IMG/VR virus record: IMGVR_UViG_3300044699_000112
Span: 1 to 64,000 of that record
From: a virus
Length of the DNA: 64,000 nucleotides
Direction: 5' to 3' (one strand)
Shown piece after piece: positions 18,877-30,045 of the stretch. The translations under genes and the position numbers were made by a program. The notes below the pieces were generated by a model. The model was not told the DNA's origin, made no database searches, and saw only the letters and a list, made by a program, of their open reading frames with translations. Positions within the stretch are counted from its first letter, which is position 1, and each line of letters starts with the position of its first letter.

Positions 18877-19292
18877 ATGTCCTTTGCAACTGAAAAGATT
18901 CCCGGCACTTACCTCTACAAATCCCGCACGCCGCAAGTGGCCAACGGGACGCTCACGCTCGCGCAGTTGAATGCGGGCCAGACTATCGTCGCGCCCGAAG
19001 GCCGACAAATTCAGATCACCGGCTTCCTGCTCCACATGAACGGGACGTTTGGGGGCTTGACCGATATGCGCCTGCAGACCACCGAGACCGTGCCCACGCC
19101 GCTGGTGACCGTCGCGGCGGCCGGTATGGGCGACACGATCATTCACACCGAGACGCTCGGCACGCATGTGATCGCTCCGCAGTACTGGACTCCCTGACCA
19201 AAGGCGCGGGCCTTGCGATCGCCAAGACCGGAGCCGCGGCGACCGGCGGCACCTCGATCGACTACACGGTTCACTACGTCAACGAGGGGTAA
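18877..19292 (+). CDS. Virion decoration-type beta protein (one frameshift at ~19193)
   Basis: ORF 18877-19197 continues after a 1-nt shift as LTKGAGLAIAKTGAAATGGTSIDYTVHYVNEG*. Confidence 0.6.
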
Positions 19293-19295
19293 GGG

Positions 19296-21228
19296 TTGAG
19301 CCTTTCTGAACTGAAGCAACGCTCAGTGGCGGATCTGAGGGCTCGTGGGACGCGGGCCCGCACAGATATGCCAGTCGCCTCACGCGCCCAGAACACCTAT
19401 CTCACCAACCGGGCATCGAACGCCATCAATGTCCGGTACGACGGGGGCCGGGTGATCGGCCGCGACGGGTTCCTGCCGGTCTGGCGGCCACCGGCAAGAT
19501 GACCATGATGTACCAGTGGTTCGCCTACTCGACCTCGGTGACGGGGCAGGCGCACCGCAGAACTTCCTGGTCACCTTTGAAAATGGCGCGATCCGCTACC
19601 GCAATCTCTACTTCACTACGAGACGACCGCCGAGGCGATTGCCGGAGCCTACGGCGCCACGGTCGTCGAAGCAGGCGACCGTCTCTACGTTGCGCTGTAC
19701 TCGCCGGCCCGGTCGGCGCCACCGAGACGCGGATCCTCTTCCCCTTCGCAGGCGAGGGCTTCGACAGTATCAGTAATGCGTTCATGGGCCCGATGTCGGA
19801 GGTCCCCACCTTCACTGAACCCTTCGCTGGCCTCGTGACCGCGGGCCTGCACAAGTGGGGCTACATCGTCACTTCGCGCTCCGGCTCGCAACTGAAGCCA
19901 TCGCCCTACAGTGCGGCGATCTTCACGCCGCCTTCGTTCACCGCCGCCGTGATACGACGGTGCAGATGCAGGTCTCGGCGGTCTGGCCCGACGACGCAAT
20001 GTTTGTCTCGCCGATCATGACCACCATCGAGAACCTCGAGAAGTTCTTCATCGTTCCCGGCATGGAGCTCTCCGTCATTCCCGGCATGCTCTACCCGGTG
20101 CAGTTCCAGATCTCGATCACCGACGAGGTGCTCGAAGCCACGGCCACCGAGCTCACCGACAACTTCGGGTACATGACGCAGTACACCGATGGCACCGGCC
20201 CGTTCAAGCCATTCAACCTTGCGCAGCTTGGGCGGCGCATCGCTTACTTCGTCGAGAACAAGGTCTACATCTCGGACCAGGACGACTACGAGCGCGTGAC
20301 CGAGGACCAGCATGTCCTCCAGCTTCCCGGCGAGCGGTACGTGGTGACCGCCTGCCAGATTCGCGGAGTGAACTATTTTTTCGGCCCCAAGTGGACGTAT
20401 GCGGCGGTCGACAACGAGGACGTACCGGTTCTGTGGGCGGCGCCGTACGCGGTCTCGCTGGGGCAGGGCACGAGCGCCGTCCACGGCGTGGTGCGTCAAC
20501 ACGACCGGAGACATGGCCTGGGTAGCGAACGAATACGGGCTCTGGGATTTCGGCGGCGGGTATGACGCCATCCCGGTCAGTGACATGAACGAGCCCGAGT
20601 GGGCGCCGCATCAACTGGGGGCAAGCGCAGACGACCATGTGGATCGTGGACGATCCGATTGCACAGACGGTGATGGTCTTCGCGCCGCTCGACGGCGCCA
20701 CCGAGAACACGCACCGGCTGACGTGGTCCTACTCGCGTGGCCGCGGTCCCACGCAGGTAGACTTCTCGCTCGACACGCTACCGGCCGCGAGTGCGTGCAT
20801 GGTGCGCGAGCAGACCAGCCAACGATCGCGGCTCTGGCTGGGCCCGAACGCCTCGACGACGCCGATCCTCGTCGAGGACTCCGTCGCCTTCGACGACAAC
20901 GGCATAGCCGATCGTGTCGATCTGGGAATCGGGCGAAGTGTTCAAGCGCCGACACGAGGCGTCGTCGATCGACATGAAGGTACATGCGGTCGAGGCCAAG
21001 GCCAAGGGAATCGGCATCCTGCGCACGCGCGTCTATGAGGCGAGCCGGAACCTCTTCGAAGATCTCGCGACGAATGATCTCAAGGAGCTCCCGCGCGACG
21101 CTATCGAGATGGGCTGCGACGTGATGTCGCACGATGCCACGGTCGAGTTCAAGACTACCGGCCTCGGCGAACGCCTGGACCTCAACGACTTCACGGTCTT
21201 TTATATGCCCTGGCTCACGGGCCGTTGA
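19296..21228 (+). CDS. Tail nozzle/DNA-stabilisation beta-propeller protein, broken by multiple frameshifts
   Basis: Successive overlapping ORF fragments join into one beta-rich ~640-aa protein ('RRIAYFVENKVYISD', 'WVANEYGLWDFGG'). Position after the adaptor. Confidence 0.6.
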
Positions 21229-21240
21229 TACTATCCAGAA

Positions 21241-24200
21241 ATGGCTGACAAGCTGAAGCTGATTGTCACGTCGATTCGCCCCGACGTGAATTCGATCCGC
21301 ACGGCTGGCACGTTCAAACTCGTGGCCGAGGCTCTCGACCGGCTCGACGGTAACGTGGGCAGGACCGCGGGATTCGTCAACGACCTGGAGGTGGGAGGGA
21401 CCACCATCATCAATGAGCCCGGCGAGCCGCCGCCACCGGCCGAGCAAAACCGGGCAGATCTCCTACGAACCCTAATGGCCATCATCTATCCGGACTCCAT
21501 CATTCGCGACCCCTGGGTCAAACACGGCGAGCGTGTTTCGGTGAAGGACTTCGGCGCCGTCTCGGACGGCGTGTCCGATTGCAGTGAGGCGTTCCAGGAA
21601 GCCTACGACTCTGTCGTTGGGAAGGGTGGCGGAAGCATCGACATCCCCGGCGTGGGCACGCCCGGCGAAAGCTACAAGCTCAACACGCCGATCGTGCTCG
21701 ACTCCGACGTACCGATCTCCTGGCTCGGGCAGGGCCGGAGCTCAAAGATCACGCGCGGCGCCGCGCTTTCCGCAAACAAGGGCCTCTTCCATCTCGCCAG
21801 CCCCAAGAACCTCATCTTTCGCAATTTCCTGGTGGACGGAGCAGTCACGACCTCGACTGGGCTCCTCTACTCCGAGTTTGCCAGCAACCCGATGCATCCG
21901 CTGCTAACGTTGAACACGACCTTCTGGGCTGAGGGCGGAGAGGATCTCGAGTGGGACGGCGTGCATATCGAGCACACGGGCGGCTACGCGATCCTTCTCG
22001 ATGCGCGTCTCGTCAACGTCAAGCGCGTGAAGATCCACCGCGGCATGCTTCGCAACAACCGGCCGCACACGTTCGGCACCGCGGCCGCCGATATGATGGA
22101 GGCGACGCGGCGGGTCCGCGGCGTCAAGATCGATTGGGAGCGCCACTTCCCCGAGCTCCTCGCGGGCAGCGCCTCGGTCTACGGATCCTGGACCGGCGGC
22201 ATCCTCGCGCAGAACCAAGCGACCGGCGGCTCGTCGACCAAGGTGCAAGACCTCACCGTCGATCACAACCGCTTCGAGCGGAACACCGGCAACTGCGTGT
22301 GGCAGCACGGCTACGGCTTTGACTCGTTCCATCAGCAGATCCACATCGACTACAACTCGTTCCTCGACTGCGGCCTCGACGGCATCCTCTTTGGCAACGT
22401 GATCGGCGGCTCGGCGATCGGCAACTCGTTCCGCAGGATCGGCTACATCTGCTCGGACGACACCTCGCCCGGCATCCCCCGGTGGCTGCCGAATCTCAAC
22501 GCGACGGGCCTCGACACCTCAGGCGTCGTCAAGCTGGTGAACTACGCGAACAACTCGTTCCTCAACGTGAACGGCGGCGCGATCAACGGGGACGGCTTCG
22601 CCTACGGCACGATCAACGGCAACTCGATCCGCGTCTCGCGCCCCGGTGAACCGGAGTTCAGCGAGGACTCAATCGGCTCCGGGTTCGGCCCCGGCGGCGC
22701 CGGGGCGAACTGGTCCCAAGGCATCGTGCTCGGTAACACCGCGGACAAGGAGGGCGGTCTCGGCGTCACCATCTCTGGCAACTTCTTCGACAACCTGGGC
22801 GGCACCGCGATCGGCCTCTACGCCGCACGCAAGTGCCAAGCGCAAAACAACCTGATCATCGCGCCCGACGCCCCCGGCCAGAACCCGATCATGATCGGCG
22901 GTCTGCTCACCGGCTCCAATCAGGTGGCGCGGGACAACCTCGTCACCGAGAACAGTATTCACTTCAATCCGGCCCAACCGGCCCCGGCGATCTTTGAAGA
23001 TCCCACTTACCGCCCGTTCACACCGGCAGATATGAATCGCGTGGTGAAGAACGTCTGCCTCGGCGGCCCGAATGTTTTCGAGTTCAAGCGCGACCCCAAC
23101 ACCGACACCAAGTGCGCGATTCACTTCACCACCGAGGCAGTGGCGAGCTACTCTTCCGGCACGGGATCGCGCGCGAAGGGATCGGCGAAGGCTCCTCGCT
23201 CCGCTTCTACGCGCAGGACTCGGACCCGTGGGGCAACATTCACATGTCCCTGAACATGTACCGCGCGCAGGGCGCCCGCGGTCCCTTGCTGAACGTCTCC
23301 GAAACCGGCCCTGGCCCTCCTGAGGTGGAGGCCGAGGGCGGCTGCATCACCACCGGCAACGTCACGCAATTACCGTTCGGCAACGCGATGGCGACCAGTA
23401 AGCTCTCGGCGAGCGGGTTCCTCGCGCTCGGCGATTCGACGTACTGGGAGGTCGAAGCCGATATGCTGCCGAGCACTCATCCCAATGGCTGGGCGCTCCT
23501 GCGCTGGGACGGCTTGCTCGCCAAGTGGCAACAGTCGGTCGAAGGCGGCGGCGCGGCGGGGCCCAGGATCTGGACCGACTTCTCCGCAGGCGGCGGCGGC
23601 TCGACGGCCAAACCGGCCGATCCAGTGGATTCGGTGCAGTTCAATCGCGCGGGCGCGTTCGGCGGCAGCGCCGATTTTCTCTACACGGAGAGCATCAGGC
23701 GCGTGACCGTGATCTGCGATGCCGCCACTCCCGGCATCAATGTGGCCGGTGGCTACATCTCCTCCGCGCAAGGGTTCGTGGCGATGCCCGCGACCGCCAC
23801 CACCTACAACGCCATCCAGGCTTCCAACGGCGGCGTGTTCGCTCTGTCGGCGACCATCAAAAACTACGTAACCTGGGGCTCAAACGCCGCGCCGGTCCCC
23901 ACGATCAACGACTCGTTCCTGGACAACGGAGTCATTTACTACGACGACCCGAATAAGATCTTCAACTTTCGCACCGGCCAGTACAACCCTACGACGGAGT
24001 ACACCGACCTCGTCGAGGTGAGTTGCTACGCGCTGGGCTTTGCGGCCTCGAGCCCCCAGGTCAATGCGGTTCACGCTCGCAACGGCGGCGTGCAGGCGCA
24101 GTGGCTCGTGGCCGAAGACTCACTGATCTTCATCGGCCGCGGGCAGCCTCCGGTGTCCGGGCCTGGACAGGTGCGGATCTACGCAGCCCCGAGCGGGCAG

Positions 24201-26144
24201 ATGTACGTCTCCTCGAATACCGCCCCGTATGGCCCGTTTGGGAATACGCCCCCCGGCGCCCCGGAGGGCAGCGTTCAGTACAACCGCGGCGGCCAGTTCG
24301 GCGGGAGTGCCAATCTCTTCTGGGACGAGGGGACCAACCGGCTCTACGTCACTTGCGCGTCGACGGCCCCGGCGATCAACGTCGACGGCGGCTGGATTCA
24401 ATCGCAGGGCGGGTTCCTTACTACCAGCGCCGGTCTGGCGGTCCAGGCTCTGAGCGGCGTGATCATCAGCCGGTATCTGGCAACCAACGAGTCGCTCATC
24501 TTCCAGGGACAGGCCACGCCTCCTGGCCTCTCTGACGCCTCCGGCGGGCCCCAGGTGCGCCTCTACGCCAGTTCGGGCGGCGTGATGTACATCTCGAGCA
24601 ATGGGGCGGCGTGGGGACCGCTGATGGGTACCGGGACTCCTCCGGCTGGCGTAAGCGGTCAGATCCAGTTCAATCAGAACGGGGCCTTTGGTGCGCATCC
24701 TTACCTGCTCTGGGATTGGAACAGTTTCATCCTGAATATGTACGGGTACTTTCAGGTCAACAGCGTCAACAACCCGGTCATGTGGGTGATGAATCGCGCG
24801 TACGGCGCGAACCAGACTGTCTGGTATCAGGGCGTCGATGACTCGGCGCGGTTTTTTATCCAGGCGGCTTCGTTCGGCCCCGTGCTGCTCTACCTTACCC
24901 CAAGCGGGGACGGCGCCTTGTCGACCTTATCGACTCCAGGAACAGTGCAGTCGCTCTATGTCAACGCGCTCGGCTCCAGTGCCGTCAGCATTCAGGCGGC
25001 CTATGGCGGCGTGACGGCCCGGTGGATCTGCCCTAACGAATCACTGATCTTCCTTGCAATAGGCCAGCCAGCCCTTTCAAGCCCTGGTCAGGTGCGAATG
25101 TACGCCTCGACGAGCGGAGTCCTGTACGTCTCATCGAACGGTCAAGCCTACGGCCCAATCGGCGGCCAGCCCCCGGCGGGCACCAATCAGCAGGTACAGT
25201 TCAACAACAACGGTCAATTCGGAGCGTCTGCCAACTTCGCTTGGGACAACGTCAACAATGTTCTGGGCATTAATGGCCCCAACGGCTACATGGCAACGAC
25301 CACCTCGAATGACTGTCAGTGGTACATGCACCGCCCCAACGTTTATATCTACTGGGTTGGCATCAATGGTTCGGCGCAGTGGATCGTCAGAGGCATGGAT
25401 GGCTTCACTCAGTTGGCCGTTTCCCCCAATGGCGCATCTGGCATGATCGTCTCTACTCCCGGCACGTTCCAGGGACTCTACGTGAACGCGCTCGGTGGAG
25501 CAGGCCAGTTCATCTATAACGCCATTCAAGCGGCGAGCGGCGGCGTGACCGGCCGATGGCTCGTGGCGAACGAATCGCTGATCCTGAAGCAGGGCGGCGA
25601 ACCGGCACGCTCGAACGGCGGCGAGGTGCGGATGTATGCCAATTACAACGGAGTGGTGTATATTTCGACCGCCGGTCAAGCCTATGGGCCCCTCGGCGGC
25701 GGCGTTCAGTCGACGACGCAGCCCCAGTGGACCGGCTCCAACAGCGGCTATAACTACACGTTCAACAACGCGAATAACTATTTCATCGTAAATGGCAACG
25801 GCGACGTTACTTCGAACGGCGTGATCAGCAGTGTCGGCGGCATCTACACGAGCAATCAGGCGCAGAACGCGATGCAGTCTGCGGGCGGGTTCAACGCCGG
25901 GTACGGCGGCAGCGGCAACGGCGTCTATCAAATCTACGGAAACACCGTCATCAACAACTCCCGTCAGTTTGTTGGTTCTGGCGGTATCAATACGAGCGGC
26001 CACATGATCGCCAGCGGCAATTGCTCGGCGGCTTCCTACCAGATCACCACTGGTTACTATGGGCAGGATGCCATCAACGGAATAGCCGTTGGCAACGGCC
26101 ATGTGCTTTATTTCAAAGGCGGCATTCTGTACGCCTGGAGTTAG
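21241..26144 (+). CDS. Tailspike (pectate-lyase-like beta-helix) fused to repeat-module fibre; frameshift at ~23156
   Basis: 'VSVKDFGAVSDGVSDCSEAFQEAYD' is a Pectate_lyase_3-type start followed by PbH1-like repeats. ORF 23112-26144 continues with four (V/I)Q(F/Y)NxxGxFG repeats. Confidence 0.8.
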
Positions 26145-26152
26145 GAGAACTT

Positions 26153-26575
26153 ATGCAAATTTCAATCCCGATGCGGGCGCGGCTCTATCTGCTCGCGCTG
26201 ATCGGTCAGGACTCGGGCGGCTTGGAAGATGAGAAGCGCCTGCTCTCGTCCGACTTACTAGAAAAGCTCGAAGTCCCGCAGAGCGAACTTATGCTCTACG
26301 AAACGGCGATCCCGAGCGGCGGCGCCTACCTGCACCTCGACCGCATCGCCCAGGCGCCGGTCCTCGAGGTGGACCTTTCACCAGCCGAGCTCCGGCGGGC
26401 CCAGTCGCTCATCACCGAGTGGAAGAACTACCGCCCCGGTGACGATCGGTTCATACGTCCACTCCTCAAAGACATTCGCGCCGCGCTCGATAGCGGGGAG
26501 ACCGGCGGACAGGCCGATGCCCTCCTGCGGGTCACCAATGGCGCACCAGTTCCGCGGCAGAAGGCCGCGAGATAG
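26153..26575 (+). CDS. Putative tail-fibre assembly chaperone
   Basis: SD AGGAG; directly follows the fibre; similar to 46664-47017. Confidence 0.55.
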   Translation: MQISIPMRARLYLLALIGQDSGGLEDEKRLLSSDLLEKLEVPQSELMLYETAIPSGGAYLHLDRIAQAPVLEVDLSPAELRRAQSLITEWKNYRPGDDRFIRPLLKDIRAALDSGETGGQADALLRVTNGAPVPRQKAAR

Positions 26576-26587
26576 AAAGAAGGAACC

Positions 26588-27088
26588 ATGCCAACACCCA
26601 TGCCACCACCTCCGGCTCCCGTGCCGGTACCTGCCGCTCCGAAGACAATTGATCTGTCGAAGGTCCTGGTCCGCGCCATGCCGGGCTACTTATACAGCCC
26701 GTTCACCAAGAAGCTCTACTACACGAACAACCGGCAGGAAGTCGGAGCCTCCACATACGAACGCCCGTGGAGCGTGAGCCCCGGCTACGGCTTTGAGACT
26801 CCCGTTTATCCGCTGAACCCGGTGGACTTTCCCACGGCGGAGACGGCCAACAAGGTTCTCGAACAGGCCCGTGCGTGGTTCCCCACACTGTTGTTCGACG
26901 TGATGGCCCCCAAACCAACCGGGGGCGTCGTCACTCAACTTCAATACTGGTTAATCTGCTGGAACGGCGCCGACCTCTATGAGATCTTCTCGTGCGGCTG
27001 GTGGGCCTTCGACTGCGACAAGGACGGCGAGACCGCTGCGAAACAGCAGCGCACCGCCGAGCTCAAGAGCGCGGGATTCTCCGTATAG
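26588..27088 (+). CDS. Hypothetical protein (Pro-rich N-terminus)
   Basis: SD AAGGA; upstream of a holin-like gene. Confidence 0.65.
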   Translation: MPTPMPPPPAPVPVPAAPKTIDLSKVLVRAMPGYLYSPFTKKLYYTNNRQEVGASTYERPWSVSPGYGFETPVYPLNPVDFPTAETANKVLEQARAWFPTLLFDVMAPKPTGGVVTQLQYWLICWNGADLYEIFSCGWWAFDCDKDGETAAKQQRTAELKSAGFSV

Positions 27089-27200
27089 GGGAGTAAACTT
27101 GGTGCAACTTTGCTGGCTGTTTTCCCAATCTCCGTAACGCATAGCCAGCGAGGCAGGGCGGACGACCCGATGCGGCCGCCCTGTAAAAAAAGGAGTCCGT

Positions 27201-27395
27201 ATGCCAATCATTCAAGTGATCGTCCTGATCGTCGTTGTCGGCGTGATCCTCTATCTGGTCAACACGTACGTCCCGATGGCAGCGCCGATTAAGACGATCC
27301 TCAATATCGTGGTCATTCTCTTCCTGGTTCTCTGGCTGCTCTCAGTCTTCGGTCTACTCCCCGGTGGCACGGTTCCCCGGCTCCGAACTCCGTAG
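27201..27395 (+). CDS. Thivi_2564-family two-TM membrane protein (holin candidate)
   Basis: 'IVVVGVILYLVNTYVPMAAPIKTILNIVVILFLVLWLLSVFG'; SD AAGGAG. Confidence 0.8.
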   Translation: MPIIQVIVLIVVVGVILYLVNTYVPMAAPIKTILNIVVILFLVLWLLSVFGLLPGGTVPRLRTP

Positions 27396-27445
27396 GCGTT
27401 GACAACAAATCGCGGTGGTATTGTAAGCGAAAGGATCTGAGCCTC

Positions 27446-29014
27446 ATGGCGAGCAAGGCAGAACAATACAGTGCTGAAGACCGAGAGCTTGCCAAACGGC
27501 GTGGCGATCGTTTCAACATCGAGGCCGAGCAGCGCGCCACCAACGCGCAGAACCGCCAGAAGTGGGCGCAGGACTATCAGGCCGAACAGTACGACCCGAT
27601 GCTCGCCGGGCGCGGCGGCTACAGCCCCGAGGAAGGCGCCGACATTCGAGGCGACTACGGTGGTCTCGCCGCTACGCCTGAGGAGCTCGAGGGCAACTAC
27701 CGCACCCAGCAAGAGCAGAACGATATCGTTGGGAACCCGTGGGACCGCGCGGCCTACTTCAACCCGGAAGGCATGGAGGCGGCGGGTTATGGCGAGAGCG
27801 ATCGCGTGCGCGGTGCGATGGGCGGTTACCGGAGCGATCTGAACGCCGCGCTCGATCCCTACGGTAAAAATCTGCGCGGCGCGATCGGCGATGAAACGGC
27901 CCAGTCGATAGATCCCGAGTACACCGCCTATCAAAAAGGGGTAGTCGGACGCACCGGCTCAGACCGGCGCGCGGCGGTCGATCCGTCTCTCCTGCGCGCC
28001 GATAAGGCGGCGCTCGACACGATCCGGATGAGCCCCGAGGAATACCAACAAACCCTCACCGGCGCCGGTAACGTGGTCGGCGAAAGCTACCGCGCGGCCG
28101 CCGATGACTCCGCTCGACGCGCCAGGGCTGCGGGCGCGAGCGCGCTCGGCGTAGGCGCCATGCGTGACCGGCTCGAGAGAGGCTCGGCCGTCGACAGGGC
28201 CGATGCGATGCTCAGAGCCAAGATTGCCGCGGGCGCGGCACGTGCAGGCCGGGCGGGGACCGCCGAGGAATTCCGGTTGCGAGGCGAAGAAGGAACCTCT
28301 GACCGTCTCGGCCGCGCGGCGATGGAAGCGGGCGACTTCGAGTTCGGTAACCGCTACCGCCTGGAAGACCAGCGCCTCGCCGCCGAGAAAGCCAAACAGG
28401 GCGCGCGGCTCCAGGTGGAGAGCGAGCTCGGCCGAGCGGGCATGGGCGCGGCTTCCGAGCTTGGCCGCGCGGGGATCGGCGTCGAAGAAGGAGCCGCGCA
28501 GCGCGCCGCGCAGCAGCGCCAATACAACGCGAGCCTCGGCACCGAGATGGCGACCGGGATCGAGCGCGACACGCAGGCTCGCAAGATGTCGAATACGACG
28601 GACCGGCAGGCGGTGCGGCGAGCCAACCAAGCGCAGCGTTTCGGCCAGGGCATGGATGTCCAACAGGCCAAGCGCCAGGGTGCTCAGCAGGTGGCCGATA
28701 AGCGGCTCGAGGCGCAGTACCGCGGACAGGATTACCTGACCCGCGCGGAGGCCGGATCGACTGCCGACAAGAACCAGGAGCTCGAGCGGCAGATGAACGC
28801 TTGGCAGGCGCAGGCGGGTATGCAGCAGAACACCACGCAGCAGCAGTATGCCAAGGAAGCGCAGCCGAAGACTTGGGAGAAGGTTGTGGGCGCCGCATCA
28901 GGAGCCGTGGGCGCCGCGGTCCCGATGATTGGCGCGGGCCAGAAAATCGCCAAAGTGGCAATGAAGCCCAACTACAACTACACAGATCCTTACGGCGCTT
29001 ACGGCGGCGGGTAA
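27446..29014 (+). CDS. Internal virion/ejection (pilot-like) protein
   Basis: Ala/Gly/Gln-rich helical protein with C-terminal 'GAASGAVGAAV' membrane-associating segment. Confidence 0.65.
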   Translation: MASKAEQYSAEDRELAKRRGDRFNIEAEQRATNAQNRQKWAQDYQAEQYDPMLAGRGGYSPEEGADIRGDYGGLAATPEELEGNYRTQQEQNDIVGNPWDRAAYFNPEGMEAAGYGESDRVRGAMGGYRSDLNAALDPYGKNLRGAIGDETAQSIDPEYTAYQKGVVGRTGSDRRAAVDPSLLRADKAALDTIRMSPEEYQQTLTGAGNVVGESYRAAADDSARRARAAGASALGVGAMRDRLERGSAVDRADAMLRAKIAAGAARAGRAGTAEEFRLRGEEGTSDRLGRAAMEAGDFEFGNRYRLEDQRLAAEKAKQGARLQVESELGRAGMGAASELGRAGIGVEEGAAQRAAQQRQYNASLGTEMATGIERDTQARKMSNTTDRQAVRRANQAQRFGQGMDVQQAKRQGAQQVADKRLEAQYRGQDYLTRAEAGSTADKNQELERQMNAWQAQAGMQQNTTQQQYAKEAQPKTWEKVVGAASGAVGAAVPMIGAGQKIAKVAMKPNYNYTDPYGAYGGG

Positions 29015-29028
29015 GAAGGAGACCTTAG

Positions 29029-30042
29029 ATGCCAACTTATTGGGAGAACGATATGCAGCCCGCGGGGGGAGCTCCGGCTCCGGCCGCGGCCCCGAAGCCG
29101 CCAATGGCTGCCCAGCAACCAGCGATGGGCGCCGCGCCTCAGCAGGCCCGGCCGCGAGGGCAACAGCCCCCAGGCGCCCGCTGGTGGCAGAATCCTGGTA
29201 GCGCGGTGCGCCCCCCGATGGCGACACCACCGCCAGCACCGGGCGCTCCTCCTGCACCTTCGTCTCCTCCGGCAGGAGGAGCGCCCCCGGCCCCGTACAA
29301 TGCCGGTGCTCGATTCAACCAGCCCCCTGCTGCGCCTCCAGCCGCCGCGCCAGCCGCGCCACCTCCGGCCGCGGCCGCTGCTCCGTACAATGCGGGCGCC
29401 CGCTTCGCGCAGCCACCTGCTGCGCCTCCTGCGCCAGCCCAGCAACCCGCACCGCCTCCCGGCGCAGTTCCGGCGGGCGGAGGCTACATCCAACCGATCG
29501 CCAGCGAGGGGAACGCCTCTAAGGTCTGGGCAGCCCAGCAGCAGCAGTACGGCGGCGCCGCTGATCGTGCCTCCGGTAGGGCCCGACTGGATCAGATGAG
29601 CCGGGAAGATGCTGCCAGGAATCCGAACGCCAGCATGTATGGGAATCCTGGTGGCGCCGACGTTCCTGGCGGGGAAAGTTATATCCGGGCGATGGATCCA
29701 GGAGAGGCCGGTGATGCGAGGAATCGCATGGCTCAGATGATGGAGGCGTCGAATTTCGACCGCCGGAGCAAAGCCTTTGGACCGCCACCGCCGACCGGCG
29801 TCGCCTCGTACGGAGTAGCTCCGGAGGGCGGCGAGAGCTCTATCCAGGCGATGGAAGATTCGCCCGAGGCCCGCACCAGGATGGAAGAGGCGATGGCCGC
29901 CGCGTCCGATCGCAGCCGCATGGCACCGGCGCCGCCAAGCAGCATTGACCCTGGCCGCGCTGCGATGGGTCTGGGGCGTGGCTTGCCCCCAGGCCGCATG
30001 GGCGGGCGATCACTCGGACGAGGCCGCGGGCCAGTCTACTAA
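29029..30042 (+). CDS. Pro/Ala-rich disordered virion-module protein
   Basis: SD AAGGAG; internal repeats PYNAGARF and GGESxIxAM. Confidence 0.65.
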   Translation: MPTYWENDMQPAGGAPAPAAAPKPPMAAQQPAMGAAPQQARPRGQQPPGARWWQNPGSAVRPPMATPPPAPGAPPAPSSPPAGGAPPAPYNAGARFNQPPAAPPAAAPAAPPPAAAAAPYNAGARFAQPPAAPPAPAQQPAPPPGAVPAGGGYIQPIASEGNASKVWAAQQQQYGGAADRASGRARLDQMSREDAARNPNASMYGNPGGADVPGGESYIRAMDPGEAGDARNRMAQMMEASNFDRRSKAFGPPPPTGVASYGVAPEGGESSIQAMEDSPEARTRMEEAMAAASDRSRMAPAPPSSIDPGRAAMGLGRGLPPGRMGGRSLGRGRGPVY

Positions 30043-30045
30043 GCT

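Noticed and set aside
19190-19200. Stop-codon reassignment (TGA readthrough) explaining broken genes
   Set aside because: Readthrough gives nonsense; sensible protein resumes only in another frame. TGA, TAG and TAA all terminate normal genes here.
23140-23170. Programmed ribosomal frameshift between tailspike and fibre
   Set aside because: No slippery heptamer seen; it looks like the other single-base losses.
27143-27191. Terminator before the holin-like gene
   Set aside because: The hairpin is followed by A7 on the + strand, so neither strand has a U-tract after the stem.
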